A DNA stretch of 64,000 nucleotides. Source: Podarcis bocagei (Eukaryota). The number at the start of each line of letters is the position of its first letter. The first letter of the stretch is position 1. Shown one piece after another: positions 1 through 14,589 of the stretch. The notes beneath the pieces are model-generated. The model searched no databases. It was not told the origin of the DNA and saw only the letters and a list, made by a program, of their open reading frames with translations. The position numbers and the translations under genes are program-made. Location of the stretch: NCBI GenBank assembly GCA_964188305.1, contig OZ076888.1; one strand, 5' to 3'.

Positions 1-2994
1 CTAACCTTGGTTTTTGGACATCAAGGCAGAAGGAACCTTTTAAAGCCTCATAGAAACATGATAGGGCATGTGTTGCATCTGAAATGAGATCATTCAAAGG
101 AGACCATAAGACCTCTTGGATGGGAGGTCAGGTGTCAGAATGCAGCTATGGGGATGTGCATACGAAATAAGGTTAAAATGGCTAGATAGTGGCTGAGAAT
201 AAAGAGCTGGTGAAAGTTTTAGACAGTCTCTTTCAAAAACATACTTTTTGAAGTGAGGAGAATGTCTGCACCCAAATGTATTTCTTAAAAGATGATGGAT
301 TGCTTTAAAAGATTCATGCCCCAATTATTTTCAGGTCACTGACTCATTTTGAGTAGTTTACTTTGGTCCAACATAAATATTTGCATTATAATGAATAACT
401 GCTACTTTCAGATTTGCTAGCGATTGCAAAGCTTCCTCCTTTATTATTTTTTTAAAAGGCTGATGCAGAATTGTGTTCTACTCATTTACCCACAGGACAC
501 TTTCCCTACTTTATAATGATTTTGCACCAACACTTTGGTAGAAAAAGTATGCAACAAACGAGATATGATGATCATGTTAGTTCCACGCGTGTTGTGCTAT
601 AAGCATAAATAGTTGCAAGGGGTCAACTCATTCCACGTCCCCCTCCACTGTGACTTCTGACTTTCTGAAGACAAATTTAGAGGAAGATAAAAATGCTTAA
701 AGATATTGTTGCAGATAATGCCGGGGTAAAAAACTCATGAAAGTATTGATAACATGAAAGGTAATTCTGGCTGACAGTCACGATGGCAGCCATAAGGAAA
801 TCTGATGTCCTAAGCGCAAAGCAGTCCCCCAAATGGCTACCATGTGGCAGCCATGCCTTCTCCAGTTATCTCTAGATAACACAATATTTCATTTGCTGGT
901 CAGGGCTGCTTCATGCATGAAAACTATAACATGAGCAGATCCCAGTTATACATCATAAAGCTTCACTTGTCTGAAGCATACACATGTATTTTATTTCAAT
1001 GCATATTCACCATTAAAGCATGTTGCAAAGCTGCATTTGGTTGTCTCTCTTTAAAATAGCATATTGGTATGTAGAGTATAGTTTGAAACCTTATATCCAG
1101 CTCAGCGGAATATTTATCCTTCAGTCACGTATTGATAATTCTTACCATTCATGATCTTCAATCTAGTTGAAAAAGTGTGCTTCTAAGTCGTTGCTTCTGT
1201 TGTTTGATTCAAAGTTTATTCAGTTGTTCATGCAAATCTGTAACTCCCCACACCCTGCCCCTGTTCTAATCTCTGTACATTTTAAACATTTAGAAAGAAT
1301 GCAGTGTGTGTCCTAACTTGCTTAGAGAGGACAACTGGGAAAATGCCCTCTGACACTAATGTATTTCCTGGATATTGAGACCCATCTCTAAAACAGCAGA
1401 TAGAGGCACTGAAGGGATGGGTGTTTTCCAGTGACGTAGTCATATTAGTCTGTTGCAATGAAAACAAGTCTTCTTTTACCTTTAGACTACAGAAAGGCGT
1501 TATAGCATAAGCTGTCATGAACTACAGTCCCCATGATCACATGCAACAGGATTAATGTATGGAAAGAAGTCCAGGCTTACTTACAACCACCTTCCAGCTG
1601 TACTGGTGATAGTTATGAACATAGGGAATTGCTTTGTACTGCATCAAGCTACTGGTCTACCTAGCTCAGAACTACATTGACTTGCAGTGGCTCTACAGGG
1701 TTTCAGATGGGGAGAATGGGAAAGTATTATTAGATTGTTTATTTATAATTTCTCCACTAAGAAAAAAGCAATTGGGTGGTTTGCCCAGCATTGCAGAAGA
1801 AGTCAATATGCCAGAGTTAGAAACTGATCTTCAACTGATTTCGTAGCAGCCTTATCCATTTTCTCAAGTAAAACTTAGTCACCTTGATTTGCTAAGAGCT
1901 AATTGGCCTTATCTTTCCAGAGTTGTTACCAGTTGTTGTGAGCCATTTGGCTTCCCCCAGCTCTGCTAAGGATTTTGCTGTTATGTGTTTGCTTTCACCT
2001 TGGAGTTCCTCAGAAAAAAAACATTTGCAGATGCTTTAATTTAACTGTTAGCAATGGTGGAGGTAACACAAATGAGGTGAACAACTGAGTTATCGTAATC
2101 TTATTCTTGTGTGGTCTAAAACAGACTTTGAATATTCTGGAAAAAAATGTAGACTATGCTGTTTCCCCCTCAAAGATGATATATAAAAAATCACTGGCAA
2201 AATTAGATGTTGGTAGAATGAAAATGGTTAAAGTTTGTCTGATAACTAAGCCTTTCCAAGAGTCTTTATGTTCATAACATATATTCAGAAACCATTATCA
2301 CAGAATCCAGACCTTTGTTTTAAGTTCACAATCATGTACCATGATCCTAAAAAGCTGCTAGCATATTTGCCTATGATGTGCTCGTATAAAGCATCCTAAT
2401 TACTTTCTTAGCAGCTATTGCCATGTGGAAGTTAGTTTGACCATCTTAATCAATTGCTTCTGTGTTATAGAAATTGCAGCTATTCCCAGCATGCCTTTTA
2501 GATCTGTTTTTAAGAGACACAGTTGTAAACACACCTATTATTATGATTGTTGTTGTTGTTTCTGATATTTTTATGAGAAGGGGTAATTTAGTGCTGCTAT
2601 TAGATCAACAGGAAGATTCAATTCTTGCTATCAGGAGAATACTTGATTTAGCATTCTTAAATATGTGAGTTACCCTTTAGATTCTATACATTGAAAAGAA
2701 AGCTTCTGCTTAATGTGTGATTTAATATTGTTAAACTAATTATGAAGCTAGACTTTCAGATGTAACAGACAAGTCTTGTTGTTCCCTGTTTGCTTGGGGG
2801 ATTGTGGATTGTGTTTTATTGTTCCCTTGATTGGCAGTAAAAGCCTTATTTCACAGCTTGCAGCGAGGAGCTATTGGATAAAGGGTGGTGGCGCTCCACA
2901 AGCTATATTCAAAAACTGTCAATCAAAAGCCCACGTAGGCTACTTAGAGAATGGAGTTTCTTACTGATTCTTCCAAATGTCGTCTCATGCTGTC

Positions 2995-3206
2995 NNNNNN
3001 NNNNNNNNNNNNNNNNNNNNNNNNNNNNNNNNNNNNNNNNNNNNNNNNNNNNNNNNNNNNNNNNNNNNNNNNNNNNNNNNNNNNNNNNNNNNNNNNNNNN
3101 NNNNNNNNNNNNNNNNNNNNNNNNNNNNNNNNNNNNNNNNNNNNNNNNNNNNNNNNNNNNNNNNNNNNNNNNNNNNNNNNNNNNNNNNNNNNNNNNNNNN
3201 NNNNNN
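2995..3206. other. Assembly gap (212 N)
   Basis: Run of n characters. Confidence 0.99.
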
Positions 3207-6200
3207 GAAAGCTGCTTTTGAGACAGCTAGCTATGAGTCTAGAAAGCAGCACCGTGAAGGTGCCATGCAAGAAGGATGCATATGGCTGACCCTTTGGGAA
3301 TTTCCTAGGAGCCAAATGTCTCTTTACGGCAATTGTTCTTAAGAGAAAAGCTTTCGGATACTACAGAAAGGATTTAACATGTCAGCAGATTCTCTTTTAC
3401 AAGTTCCTTTGAAATCTAAGACGTTTGTCTAAGGGTTTTCTTTTTCTCTCAAACTTGTATTTCAGCAAATGTGACGGGTGGGTAAGCTGAAGGTGTCCTA
3501 TCTTCTAGCAGGTGTTATTGGTGATTTCTTTTTTAATGTAAGAGAATACTTATTTCTTGAACTTTGCCGTGATGGTATAAATATGGATAATTGATGAATC
3601 AAGACAAAGGTGTTAGTAGTTGTTGGGTAGTAGTAATTGTAGGGAACCGAAACAAAACCGTTTCCCCCACTTAAGTTAAATATACATAATGGATGTAAGA
3701 GCATCAAACAGGGATCCAATGCTGATGATTAAGGATGATTTTTAAGGCCCTTTGATAAACATTCATTCAGAATCTATGCAATGATGTTATAGTTTCTTGC
3801 ATGTAAGAAATTGAAAGCGTTGGGTAACAAAAGATGCTTCAAACTGCCCTGTTAAGTCTAGAGACATGGGCTCACTTGCTCAAGATGAATTTGAACAAAT
3901 ACCTCCTTTTAACCCACCCTCATTTGCCAGTTTTGTGCATTTTTAATTTGGAAGACCTGTATACTTACAACAATTTAAAAGTTATTGGTAAACTGAGCAG
4001 TAAAAAACAGATTCAGGTACCTATGACTTACAGTTAAAAGTTCAAATGTTTAGACTTGGCTTCTTTATCTTGGTCCAAAATGAAAACCTACATGATCTCA
4101 AATGGTTATAACATGTTCCTTTTCCCTCTTCTGCTTTTTTCTTTACTGTGCCATGAGAGCAATAAGCCTGTAGTCCGAGTGCATAGTTGAAAGCAATTAA
4201 AAAAATTCATTTTAGGGGGTTAGCATTTGTCTACCATTATAACAAACATTTAATGTATCTGTATGAAACCTAACTCTTAAAAAGCCACACAAATTATCAT
4301 GCTGTGTATTGTAACCATTACCTTGTGCTCCAGTACTATTGTAACCAATTTTAAACAACTGAATGCATAGGTTTGGTGAGAAATGTGAAATGGAATATAT
4401 GCATAACAATATAGTCCATAATATAATTGCATTTTGCATTTAATTGGATGTTATGTTTTTTGATAACTTCACTAATATGCTTACTGTTACTACATTACAG
4501 TGGCATCAAAAAAATTATGTAAAATAGGACATGGAGCTGATTTGATGGGGTGCTGCATTAAATCAAAATGCAGTTGCTCCATTAAATCAAAATGATATTT
4601 CCATCAAGTATCTTAAATCAGCTACATCATAATTGAATTAAGCCCATTGAGTCTTCTCTCCTCCTCCCCACCCCAATTCTCCCCTCCCCCCTCCATTCAT
4701 ATTGATATTGTTCCATTTGGGGAATTAGAACTGCATGTCCCCCAGTCTGGTCACTGCTGGGTTTCAGACATTTCAAGCATGTTCCGGTGTGTGTTCATTT
4801 ATTTCGTTTTCTGTTGACACTTGGTTTGTACCTGCCAAATGTTAGTTTCATAAAAGCTTTCAATTTTTAAATGTCCACCAAAGAGGATGTGTCATGGACC
4901 ATGAACAGAACATATACTTTAGTATCCAGTAATAATAAATACAAACCAAAAATAGGAGAATTTTCAAAATCGAGTCTTTTTCTGTCTGCTTGTTTCAAAA
5001 GGTAGCTGAACACATACAGATGCTAAGTAGGTTATCTGCCCCAAATAACTGTAAACTTTAAGTCATAGTTCAAATCTATAATGAACAGCTTAACTATAGA
5101 AACCAAAGAAACTTACTTTATCTTCTGTGAGGGGTTGTCATTTCTCTCCTTTTGAGTCAGTATGTTTGGTATGCAACAAGATATAGGCCTGGTTTGCATG
5201 TAACATCAAACCATGGTTTAAGTAAGCCTTTGTTAATAAACCATGACTAGCATTACATGTGAACTATGCCCCTATTACTGTGGTTTGTTAGTGAAAAAAA
5301 ATGCAATGGTTTGTTCTTGGCTTACTGACATTACCTTCAGTATGGCCTAGCATTACACACGAGCCTGGACATATAATGCAATTTAATGCTTTATTTAGGA
5401 ATGGCATCATTCTTATTATATAGCACAATTCTGCGCATGTTTCCAGAGAAGTAAATCCTATTGTATTCGATAGGGCGTACTTCCAGATGTGTAGAATTGC
5501 AGTCTTAAGATGAAACCCAGTGATTCTTACCTAAGAGTAAACTTGATTGAACCCAGGGGAGTTACTTCTGAGTAAACATGCACGGGATTACACTGTTAAG
5601 CATACTAGTGTTTAAACTCACAAATTACCAAAGTATTAAAGCAAATTCTTATATTTTCCAATGTATTTAATTTAGAATTGAGGAGGAGCCCTAAAATGTT
5701 AGCAGTAACTTTTGTTAACATTATTTAACTGTTCCTTCTGATTAGATTAGAATTCATACCTGTGCTTTGATCCAGCCACTTATTTAGAAATAATTTCCAT
5801 TAAAATCAATGAGACTTGCTTCTCTGGAAATGTGTATAAGCTGTTGTGTTGGCGTGTTTAACCTGCCTTTTCCATCACTGGCACTGACATTTATGCTATA
5901 ATTACTGGAGCAGAAATGTGTACCATGAAACATGTATGTATACTTGAACAGCAGAGGGCTGCATATGACTTCATGGATTAATTATTTTTAGAATTCTCGT
6001 TCTCCCAGATGTATAGGTGCATAGATAGAGAAGGGAATATTTGAATTGTCAAGCTTGAAATGTGTAGCATTCCAGGAAATCCATTTTAATAGTGTTAAGG
6101 CAAGTGTTTTCTGTAAACCTGTTTTATGATGTGTGTTGCTGAATGTATATAACATGTTGGTTTCAGTTGTGTGTTTACATATTAACATTGTCATTTGAAA

Positions 6201-6379
6201 ATACTATTCTAAATAAAGCTACTATTCGTAAACAGAATTTAAAAAAAAATACTGTACAACAGGAAGATGTAGCATTTACTGTCTGTTTGTTCTTGGGCTT
6301 TGTAAATGTGGGAGAAAATGACCATTCTGACAAAACATACTTACCTATTCTTACAACTTCTTGCCTTTTTTTTTAATAG

Positions 6380-6521
6380 GGAAAAGTGGCGCAGACTGCT
6401 TGTATGTCAGCTTGCCAGCATCTGTCAACTTCCCTGATGCAGATGCTGTTGGATAATGATTTAAAACAAATTAGCATGGGAGCCATTCAGCAGTTTAATT
6501 TAGATGTCATACAGTGTGAAT
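6380..6521 (+). CDS. EXOC6: EXOC6 (exocyst component Sec15A) internal coding exon; upstream exons not seen in window
   Basis: ttttaatAG|GGAAAA...TGTGAAT|GTaagt; translates GKVAQTACMSACQHLSTSLMQMLLDNDLKQISMGAIQQFNLDVIQCE + 1 nt, recognisable Sec15 C-terminal sequence; phase joins the next exon. Confidence 0.96.
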
Positions 6522-8048
6522 GTAAGTATGAGATTCTGAGCTATAAGTTATGAGACAGTCATTCTTGTTTAGCGGGAGGATGTAAATATCCATTATATGT
6601 GCATTACTGTAATAAATAAATGTGGAAACTGGGGATCAATGAGATATTTCTGTTTATTCAAGCAATGGTTCAAGAGTTATTTGTTTGTTTGTTTGTTTAT
6701 TAACTTTGTATGCCACCCTTCATCTGAAGTTCACAACATTGGTTGGATACCTTCTAGAAGCCTAGTAGTTCATTCATTGGAATAAGATGGAATAACTTAA
6801 TAGATCTGTAACCATTTAAAATCCTTATCAACATTTACACTAATATGTGTTCCTTTTTCCTCTGAACTGCAGTCAAAACATTATAGCTTCTAACATTTGC
6901 AGTTGTAGGCAATGTCTTCTGATAGTATTTAATTCCTAAAAGAGAAAGTCTTAGGATCAGTCTGTAAATCACTTGAAACTTAAGCAACTGAAAAAGGAGA
7001 GTTTTATTTGCCATTCATTTAAAATTTGTTAGTATTTGTCTTTCAGAAACTGTTCTGGTGAGTTTCTTTTCAACAGAACTCTAAAAGAACCAATTGAGAG
7101 GTCTTAACATTTAAAATGTTTATAAATATATTATACTAATTCAGCAGTGGAACAAATGGAATAGGGAATCTCAGTTCTTCAAAATTGTAAGCACACAATG
7201 CCCTGCCCCCATCTCTCTCAACCCCCCCCATTGTATTTTTCTCCTGTTATTTGTTTGTTTTGTAACACAAAATAAAATCTGTAATAAAAACTAATTTAAA
7301 AAAAGTTTTTAAGCAAACAACTGGACATTTCCATTTTTGGCTGCCATGAGTTGCAGTAAAACCAACTCTTTGCTTCTCATATACTAAAATGTCCTTAATC
7401 TGTTTTATAAAGCTATATTAAATTTGCTCAGTTTGTAAACCCGCCCCCCACATTTCCTGTTTGACATATTAAACAACTAAGAGATCATTGTGGGTTTTTT
7501 GTTTTTCATAACATAATGGTTCAGCATCTGTTGCAATGCTTCTGTTACAGAATATCTTGTGTGGTAGGAACCATTACATAATGGCTTTGAGTTCCTTCCA
7601 ACCTTATAATATTTATATTATTGTAGAAAAATGTAACCTTGGGTCTACAGATTATACTGTACTGGAAGGAGAAAGTAAAACCATGACTTTAATACTGGAA
7701 CATGTTTAGTAAGATAAGTCCGTCAGCTGTTACTGGCTATATTAAAGCAAGTGCTTTGATACTATTTTAAAGGGAAAAAATAGTAATGAGAAGTGAGGAT
7801 GGTAGGACCTCACTCCACAAGTAAAATATGCTCTTGCTTCAAATTCAGCCGGAATCTTTGCTTGGTAGGAAATGTCATTGTTTCAGGTCACTCATACAAG
7901 TGTTACTGACTGATTACTTAAGGTATTAAAAAGAAGGTCTAAGTTCACTTCAAAAAGTTCAAAATAGATGATTCAACATTTGTAAACTTGAGCTGTTCCC
8001 TGAAAACTTCAACTAAAACACAGGCAGTCTTGCTTAACGGGTGTGCTA

Positions 8049-8050
<2 letters not shown>

Positions 8051-8097
<47 letters not shown>
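8051..8097. repeat. (CT)23 microsatellite
   Basis: Perfect dinucleotide run. Confidence 0.97.
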
Positions 8098-8099
<2 letters not shown>

Positions 8100-9653
8100 G
8101 TGCTGAATCTGCTTTCTTTCTGACATTTCTTTCACAAGCTGTGCCATAGGCACATTCCACGAATCACTGTGCCAGCTGTGATTTATGATCTTACCACCCA
8201 CTCCCTTCAGCTTCGCCCCTCCTGGGTCAACATTTTGAGCTTGGTACTTGGTGATTGTGCCATTTACACTAGGAAGTGTCTTGTTTACTGTATGCAATTA
8301 GATGATGTGGAAAACGGAAGTAGCCAATATACCAAGATGTGATTCCATGAGCACTCTCTCATCAGATAGAGAAACCTTTTGGAATTGTTAATTGACTTTT
8401 GGCGTTCTACCTGCTACCTGATTTCACCATTATGCATCAGTGAAATGTCCAGCGAGACAACTGGTAGAAGTTGCCTAAAAGGCAGCTTATGCACTGTTCC
8501 CAAACCCTTCCCTGCAAGGTGCAACTACAGGAAAGTTTTGGAAGTATTACACAATGCAGTCTCAGTTTACACAGGATGATAGACCTGGCCACTTACCAGA
8601 ATGCCATGTGAACTGAATGTGAAGCATCACCTAGTGTCCTCTGCAACATTCCTGGATTTTGTATCATAGGGATGTCTTAGCAGACAAAACAATATGGGGA
8701 AGGCTTTCTGTTGGTTTAAGGTATAGTAGTATAACTTAACAAATCCACACATGCAGTGTGGTGGCTATTTTCTTTAAGAAATGTGTAAACTGCTTTCTGC
8801 CTTTAAAACCATGCAAAGTGATTCACAGATTATGTGCTCACTTTAGCAGCAGATGTTCATGTTTTAGGCTAATACTCATTTTGTCATTCTGAATGGCTGA
8901 ATGGCAGCTTTGCAGGGAGGTAATATCCTAGATGTGAGACTGCAGCTTGCTACAGCAAATTCAGTTTTTCCTTTTGTCTCACAAGCTGAAGTGGACCATG
9001 CAACTGTATCATAAATATGACAGCTGATCATTATTCCTTGACCAAGTGATATATCGGAAAACGTAGCAGCAGAATAAAATTCCAAATAGTTTACAATATT
9101 CAGGTTACAGTCAGAAGCCAGACAAGTAAAAAAACAAAACAAAACACTGACCAACAGCCTACTGAAAAAGCCAGCTTTTTAACCTGGTGCTGAACAAACC
9201 ACAGTGTAGTGGACAATTCCTCAAAGGTTGAGCCCTTTGCTAAAGAGGTGAGTTCTGGTAGCATAACAGAAGTGACATCTATGTGTATGTGAAAACCCAC
9301 TGGAATAATTAGAGAATCCTTGATGTGATATTTTTCCTTGGAACCAAACCATGAACCATAAGGGTGTAGAATTGATTTTCTTGAATCCCAACACCTTATT
9401 TCATGTGGCAGACTATATTTGAAACTCAGCGGTGGTCTGTGAGGAAAAATCAATCCCATACTCCATAGACTCACCTAAAGTAGCCCGCCTTTGATATTGC
9501 TGCCCTTGCCTAGATATTGGCTAAAGCAGGTGCCCAATGTATTTAGACAGTGTCTCCATTATACACATGCACCAAGGGCTTGCTTTAGACCATGAAGAAC
9601 ATCTATCAATACTCGGTCAGGGTCTGATTAACCAATAGAAATTGCTTGGGGTG

Positions 9654-9802
9654 NNNNNNNNNNNNNNNNNNNNNNNNNNNNNNNNNNNNNNNNNNNNNNN
9701 NNNNNNNNNNNNNNNNNNNNNNNNNNNNNNNNNNNNNNNNNNNNNNNNNNNNNNNNNNNNNNNNNNNNNNNNNNNNNNNNNNNNNNNNNNNNNNNNNNNN
9801 NN
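9654..9802. other. Assembly gap (149 N)
   Basis: Run of n characters. Confidence 0.99.
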
Positions 9803-10144
9803 TGGAGATGTCTTCTGGAGATACCTCTGAGTTTGGGGACTCTGTCTCAGATTGAACTGGATCAACTCCAAATATGAATCAAAACAGGGAGATCTGTTTG
9901 TAACTATGACATAAAAGCAATGCTTACTGCGAAGCCTCAAATAATAAAATTTTATTACATCTGGATGAAGCGCATTTAAATTCAAATACCTGAGCCTACG
10001 CCATGTTCCTTGAAAGTAAGATCCATTGGAAATCAATGGGACTGATTTTCAAGTGGCATAGTTAGGACTGTGATGTAAAAATGGTCATATTGCAGCTTGT
10101 CTGCTTACTCCCTTTACCTGGTCTATAACATAACCTGCATACTA

Positions 10145-10367
10145 CAGTGGTACCTCAGGTTACATACACTTCAGGTTACAGACTCCACTAACCCAGAAAT
10201 AGTACCTCAGGTTAAGAACTTTGCTTCAGGATGAGAACAGAAATTGTGCGGCGGTGCAGCAGCAGCAGGAGGTCCCATTAGCTAAAGTGGTGCTTCAGGT
10301 TAAGAACAGTTTCAGGTTAAGAACAGACCTTCAGAACAAATTAAGTACATAACCAGAGGTACCACTG
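10145..10367. mobile_element. Non-autonomous Tc1/mariner (Tigger-like) MITE
   Basis: TIRs CAGTGGTACCTC...GAGGTACCACTG flanked by TA on both sides; homologous inverted copy at 61720-61961. Confidence 0.88.
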
Positions 10368-11207
10368 TAATTGCTCAGCTTCTGTATGGTTTGCATTTTA
10401 ATGTATGGTCCTCTTACATAGCTTTTACACACTTTTGAATTTTAAGAGTAGAATTCTATTACAAACAACTTGTTAAAGGCATAAACACAACGTTCTATCT
10501 TTTCTGTAACTCAGCTTAGATTATTCTGCCTGTTTGGATCTTTATGCTCCCTCCTGCTTACTGTCAGTCTTCTTACCATGGTTAGGCTTAGGGACTAACC
10601 ATCCCATTTTGCCACTGGAAGTGAAATGGGAATGTGCCACTGCCTTTCTTCGGCCATGCCACCCCCCCTTCCACTGCTGCCACAATGCCTCTCCCCTTGC
10701 CACAGCTGCTGAGTGAAGGGGCATTCTGCAATGTGTTCCTGCTCATCTTCTCTGCCCCAGGAAGAGAAAATGAGCGGCACTGTGGCACACCAGAACGCCT
10801 CTCCTCCCTCCAAAATTTGGCGAGAAGGGGATATTCTGCTAGTGGTGGAAGCGATCAGGCAGGCAGGGTGCTGCCTCTGGTTAGGCTAAGAAGATTTTAT
10901 AGAGCAAATGCTATAATGACAAAATTAGATGCTGACAGCTTTGGAACTGCTAATAATTTTGAAAAGCTTTTCTGATAAATTCACCATGCAAAACAAAGTA
11001 AAGCTGCCTCGTTTTCATGCTATTTGGGACACAGGAACTCTGCACTGTAGGACAGAGGTGAAATGCTGGGAGGATATGCCAATGAAGGTGTGTTTCCAGA
11101 TCATTGATCTTAAAAATGTCAATATCCCAGTGCTTGGTGATCCATGTTATAGTGGAAAGAAATTCTGGATTCTTGATTGAAAGGATTTATTGTTATTGTT
11201 ATTACAG

Positions 11208-11281
11208 TGTTCGCCAGCTCTGAGCCTGTACCTGGGTTCCATGGAGAAACCTTACAGTTAGCGTTCATCGACCTCAGACAA
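11208..11281 (+). CDS. EXOC6: EXOC6 internal coding exon
   Basis: ttacAG|TG TTC GCC...AGA CAA|GTaaga; (L)FASSEPVPGFHGETLQLAFIDLRQ; completes the split TTG codon from the previous exon. Confidence 0.96.
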
Positions 11282-14200
11282 GTAAGACATTATTTGTATG
11301 CCTGTTAATGGTCACATTTTACTGAACACCAAGCCTTTGATTCATAGTCCAAGCAACCCTATGTGTTAGCAGATGACATGAAGTCCACTCACACAATGAC
11401 TTGTTGACCCTCCATCCCCGGCTGCATTGCATGCTGCTCTGTAGGTTCGCTAGAGGGTGGCTTGGGAGAAGCAAGATGCCGCTGCAGGAAGCCGGGCTGG
11501 AGAAACCCTGGTGCTTCTGAGCCACATCATCAGATGCTTATGCCATAAATGTGTTTGTTGGCCCCTCATGACTCTTGATTTTGTTGCAACAGACATAACA
11601 CAACTACCCCTCTGACATTTTGGGGAAATTGGGGAAATGACTATCCCACTACTTCACGTGTAACAAAAAAAAAAAGGGTATAGCTATTCAGTTGTCAGGA
11701 TGTGAGGTTGAATTCTAATGTATTTGCAGAGTTGTAAATTTGAATGAAAAGGCTGTTTTAATATATGCTGATCTCATAATGAGTACAATCTTGACGCATA
11801 TTTCTGTGTGGTGCTATGTGAAATAGTTAAGTGGTAAGTAAGTTCAAATGATGGCTTTCGTGTGGGTTTGTTTGTTTTTTTAAACATGTTTAAGGTTAGA
11901 GTTATCATGCATCATCATTAAAAGTAACATTTTATTCTGTAGAATATAATCTCTTGTCAATCTTTTACTTTAGGCTGAAATCATATTTGAGACTGCTTGA
12001 TTCTAGTAGGGCCTTATGAGGAGAGGCGGAAATGAAAATGTAAAAATATATATATAATCCTAATTTACCTTATGTAGGGTGCACCTTTTGCATTTCCTCA
12101 CATCATAGGATTTATAATTTTTATTGTTATTAGTAATCTCTTTTACATAACTAGTCTATCTTTTGCTTTAAAATCATTACCCAATTCATTTTCACAACTA
12201 CCCTGTGAAGGTAGACCATTATGATAAATCCTAGTTTACGTAAGAAAAAGCTGAACTGAGTTGTGTCTCTCCTAAGTATGACATAATATTTTCATTAGGT
12301 TCCCTATATCTGCCATTCAGAGTTCCAGGTGCACCATTATGTATTAAAAGCAGAATGCCTTCCAGGTATTTAAGCAACAACTATTTTAATACAATTTGTT
12401 GCAATCATTTTTGCTTTGCTTCTGAATACAGAACGTAAATGAAGACCAGTCCCTTTTTGTTTTCTTCCTCATCTACTCGCGGCTCATTGCAGTGATGTCA
12501 ATCCTTACAAAGAGCAACATTTAGCTTTTAGTAAGGATTTAACACTCTTCCTCTCCCTTCTATTTATGATCCATTTCTTTCTTAATAGGCCAAATGACAG
12601 TTCTTTTCAAGCATACTTAGAAAGGCAACAGAGCCTTTTTCAGAAAGAGGTCATGCTTCTGTTTTTTAGTTTGAATTCGATACTGTTTCATGAATTGCAG
12701 GATATGAAAGATAAGGAAGTGGGTCCAGTGGTCAGGTTTTACCTGCCCACCCGGACTGTGCCCTGAGGTCAAACTCCTGATATTTGCTGTTTGGTACAGA
12801 GGAGCTGATGACAGGTAGGGGCTGATACAAGGGGGAAAGCTTGAACCATATCAAAGCTAAAAGGCAAGAGAATTGGGACTCAGTGAGAGACTGTAGCTAA
12901 AAGATGGATCAGCAGGGTTGCCCTCTTTTTAAAAAGTAGCTGACCTGTGAGGGAAAAGACTTTATCGTCCTGCCAATCACATGCTTACTAATGGAAGCCA
13001 GTTATCTCAACAACAGCTTACTCTTTTCTGTGTGATTTCATGGCAACGGGCAAGATTAGTAGGAGCGTGGGGTAGCCTTCGCTGGTTATTTCTGACACAA
13101 ATTAATAAACGTAGCACGCACTGCAGTTAACTGTAAAGTTTTGGTGCTTTGAAGACACGTTCAGGGCTGTTTCAGGCTTGATGTAGATAGCACTTCTGCG
13201 TAGGAAATAGCATGAAACAGCTGTGTAGATCAGCATGTATGTGCTGTAACATACATGACTACCTATATCAGCGTTTGCTAACTGGGTGCCCTCCAAGTGT
13301 TTTAGACTACAACTCCTATCAGCACCAGCTAGCACAGCTGACTGACACTGTTGTTTTGCATGCCAATTTGCATGCTATTTTCATTTAGAAATTTTGTCAG
13401 AGTGGACATGGGCCTCATAGTGACTGAAAACTGGGGCAAGCATCCAAAAGTGAAAATGGCTGCCTCTAAAGAACCACATGAAACATGCTCCTCTGCTTTC
13501 AGCAACCTGCTGTAATAATAATTTAACTGTTGCTCCTTATATATTCCTCCATAGCTGATCTAGAACGACTAAAGTGAGAAGTAGAAATTAATTGGTAATT
13601 CCTTATGGAATGACTATAGCAAAATTGATCCAGTTCAAGACATATTCTTGCAGAAATCCACAGATAAAGCCTTCTTGGGCTATTGATTGCAAACTTTTAT
13701 ATATATATATATGCATCCTAAATAAATACTTTGCCCAGAGTTGTTTGTATGGGTGATATTGGATGATGGAAAAATCAATTATTCTTTTCTACAACCAAAT
13801 GATCCTTATTCCTAAGTAAATGTATTTTAGTATCAGGGAGGCAGAAGCAAACACCATTTTGTTCCTGTAGCTATGGTAGAGAGTTTTAAGTGAATTTTTA
13901 TAATGTGAAACTGCACATACTCAATGTCATTAATTTGCCAACTCTGTTTTTTAAAAAGTGTGCTGCTGTCAGGTTTTTTTGTGTTTTATTTTTTGCTGTA
14001 ACAGATTAGGAATGTCAAAGCAGTTGGAAAGCATGAAATGTTGGTTGTGCAGTGGGAGGGAAAAAAATGGTATGCTTCACAACTGGTAACATTCTGGTTA
14101 TCTAAAGGGGGAATCTCTATAAAACCATTAAGTCCAGGGTCTAAAATGATCTAGTGCTGCACAACTCAACCCAGTGCTGACTGACTTGTGATTCATAACT

Positions 14201-14589
14201 TGATGTACAGATGCACAATTCTTTGTTTTTCAAAGCCTGGTTCCTTAAATATCCAAAAGGCTATAGAGCACATTCAATTGATTTGGTAGGCAGGCCTTCG
14301 ATTTTAACAGACTGAAATTCGCAGGAATTGCTTTCCAGGATTGGAAACTGTGATTATGCAAATAGGTGTTAGAAGGAGAAGGCTGGTATAATTGTTGTTG
14401 GTGCCACACAGACACTAAAGCCTAGAGGTTCAGAGCTGGAAGGCCACAAATGGACCTACCTGTGACTGTCAAACTCCTGCTCAACTCAAATGTAAAATAG
14501 TTGACCTAACATTTAAAAAACTGTATATTGTCCCATAGATTGGCCTTCCTACCTGAAGACTGGGAAGTGCCCAAGGTAACAACATGTAA

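Noticed and set aside
2874-3342. ORFs spanning the N gap (also 9617-10036)
   Set aside because: Artefacts of translating Ns. A missing EXOC6 exon in the first gap cannot be excluded, but nothing supports it.
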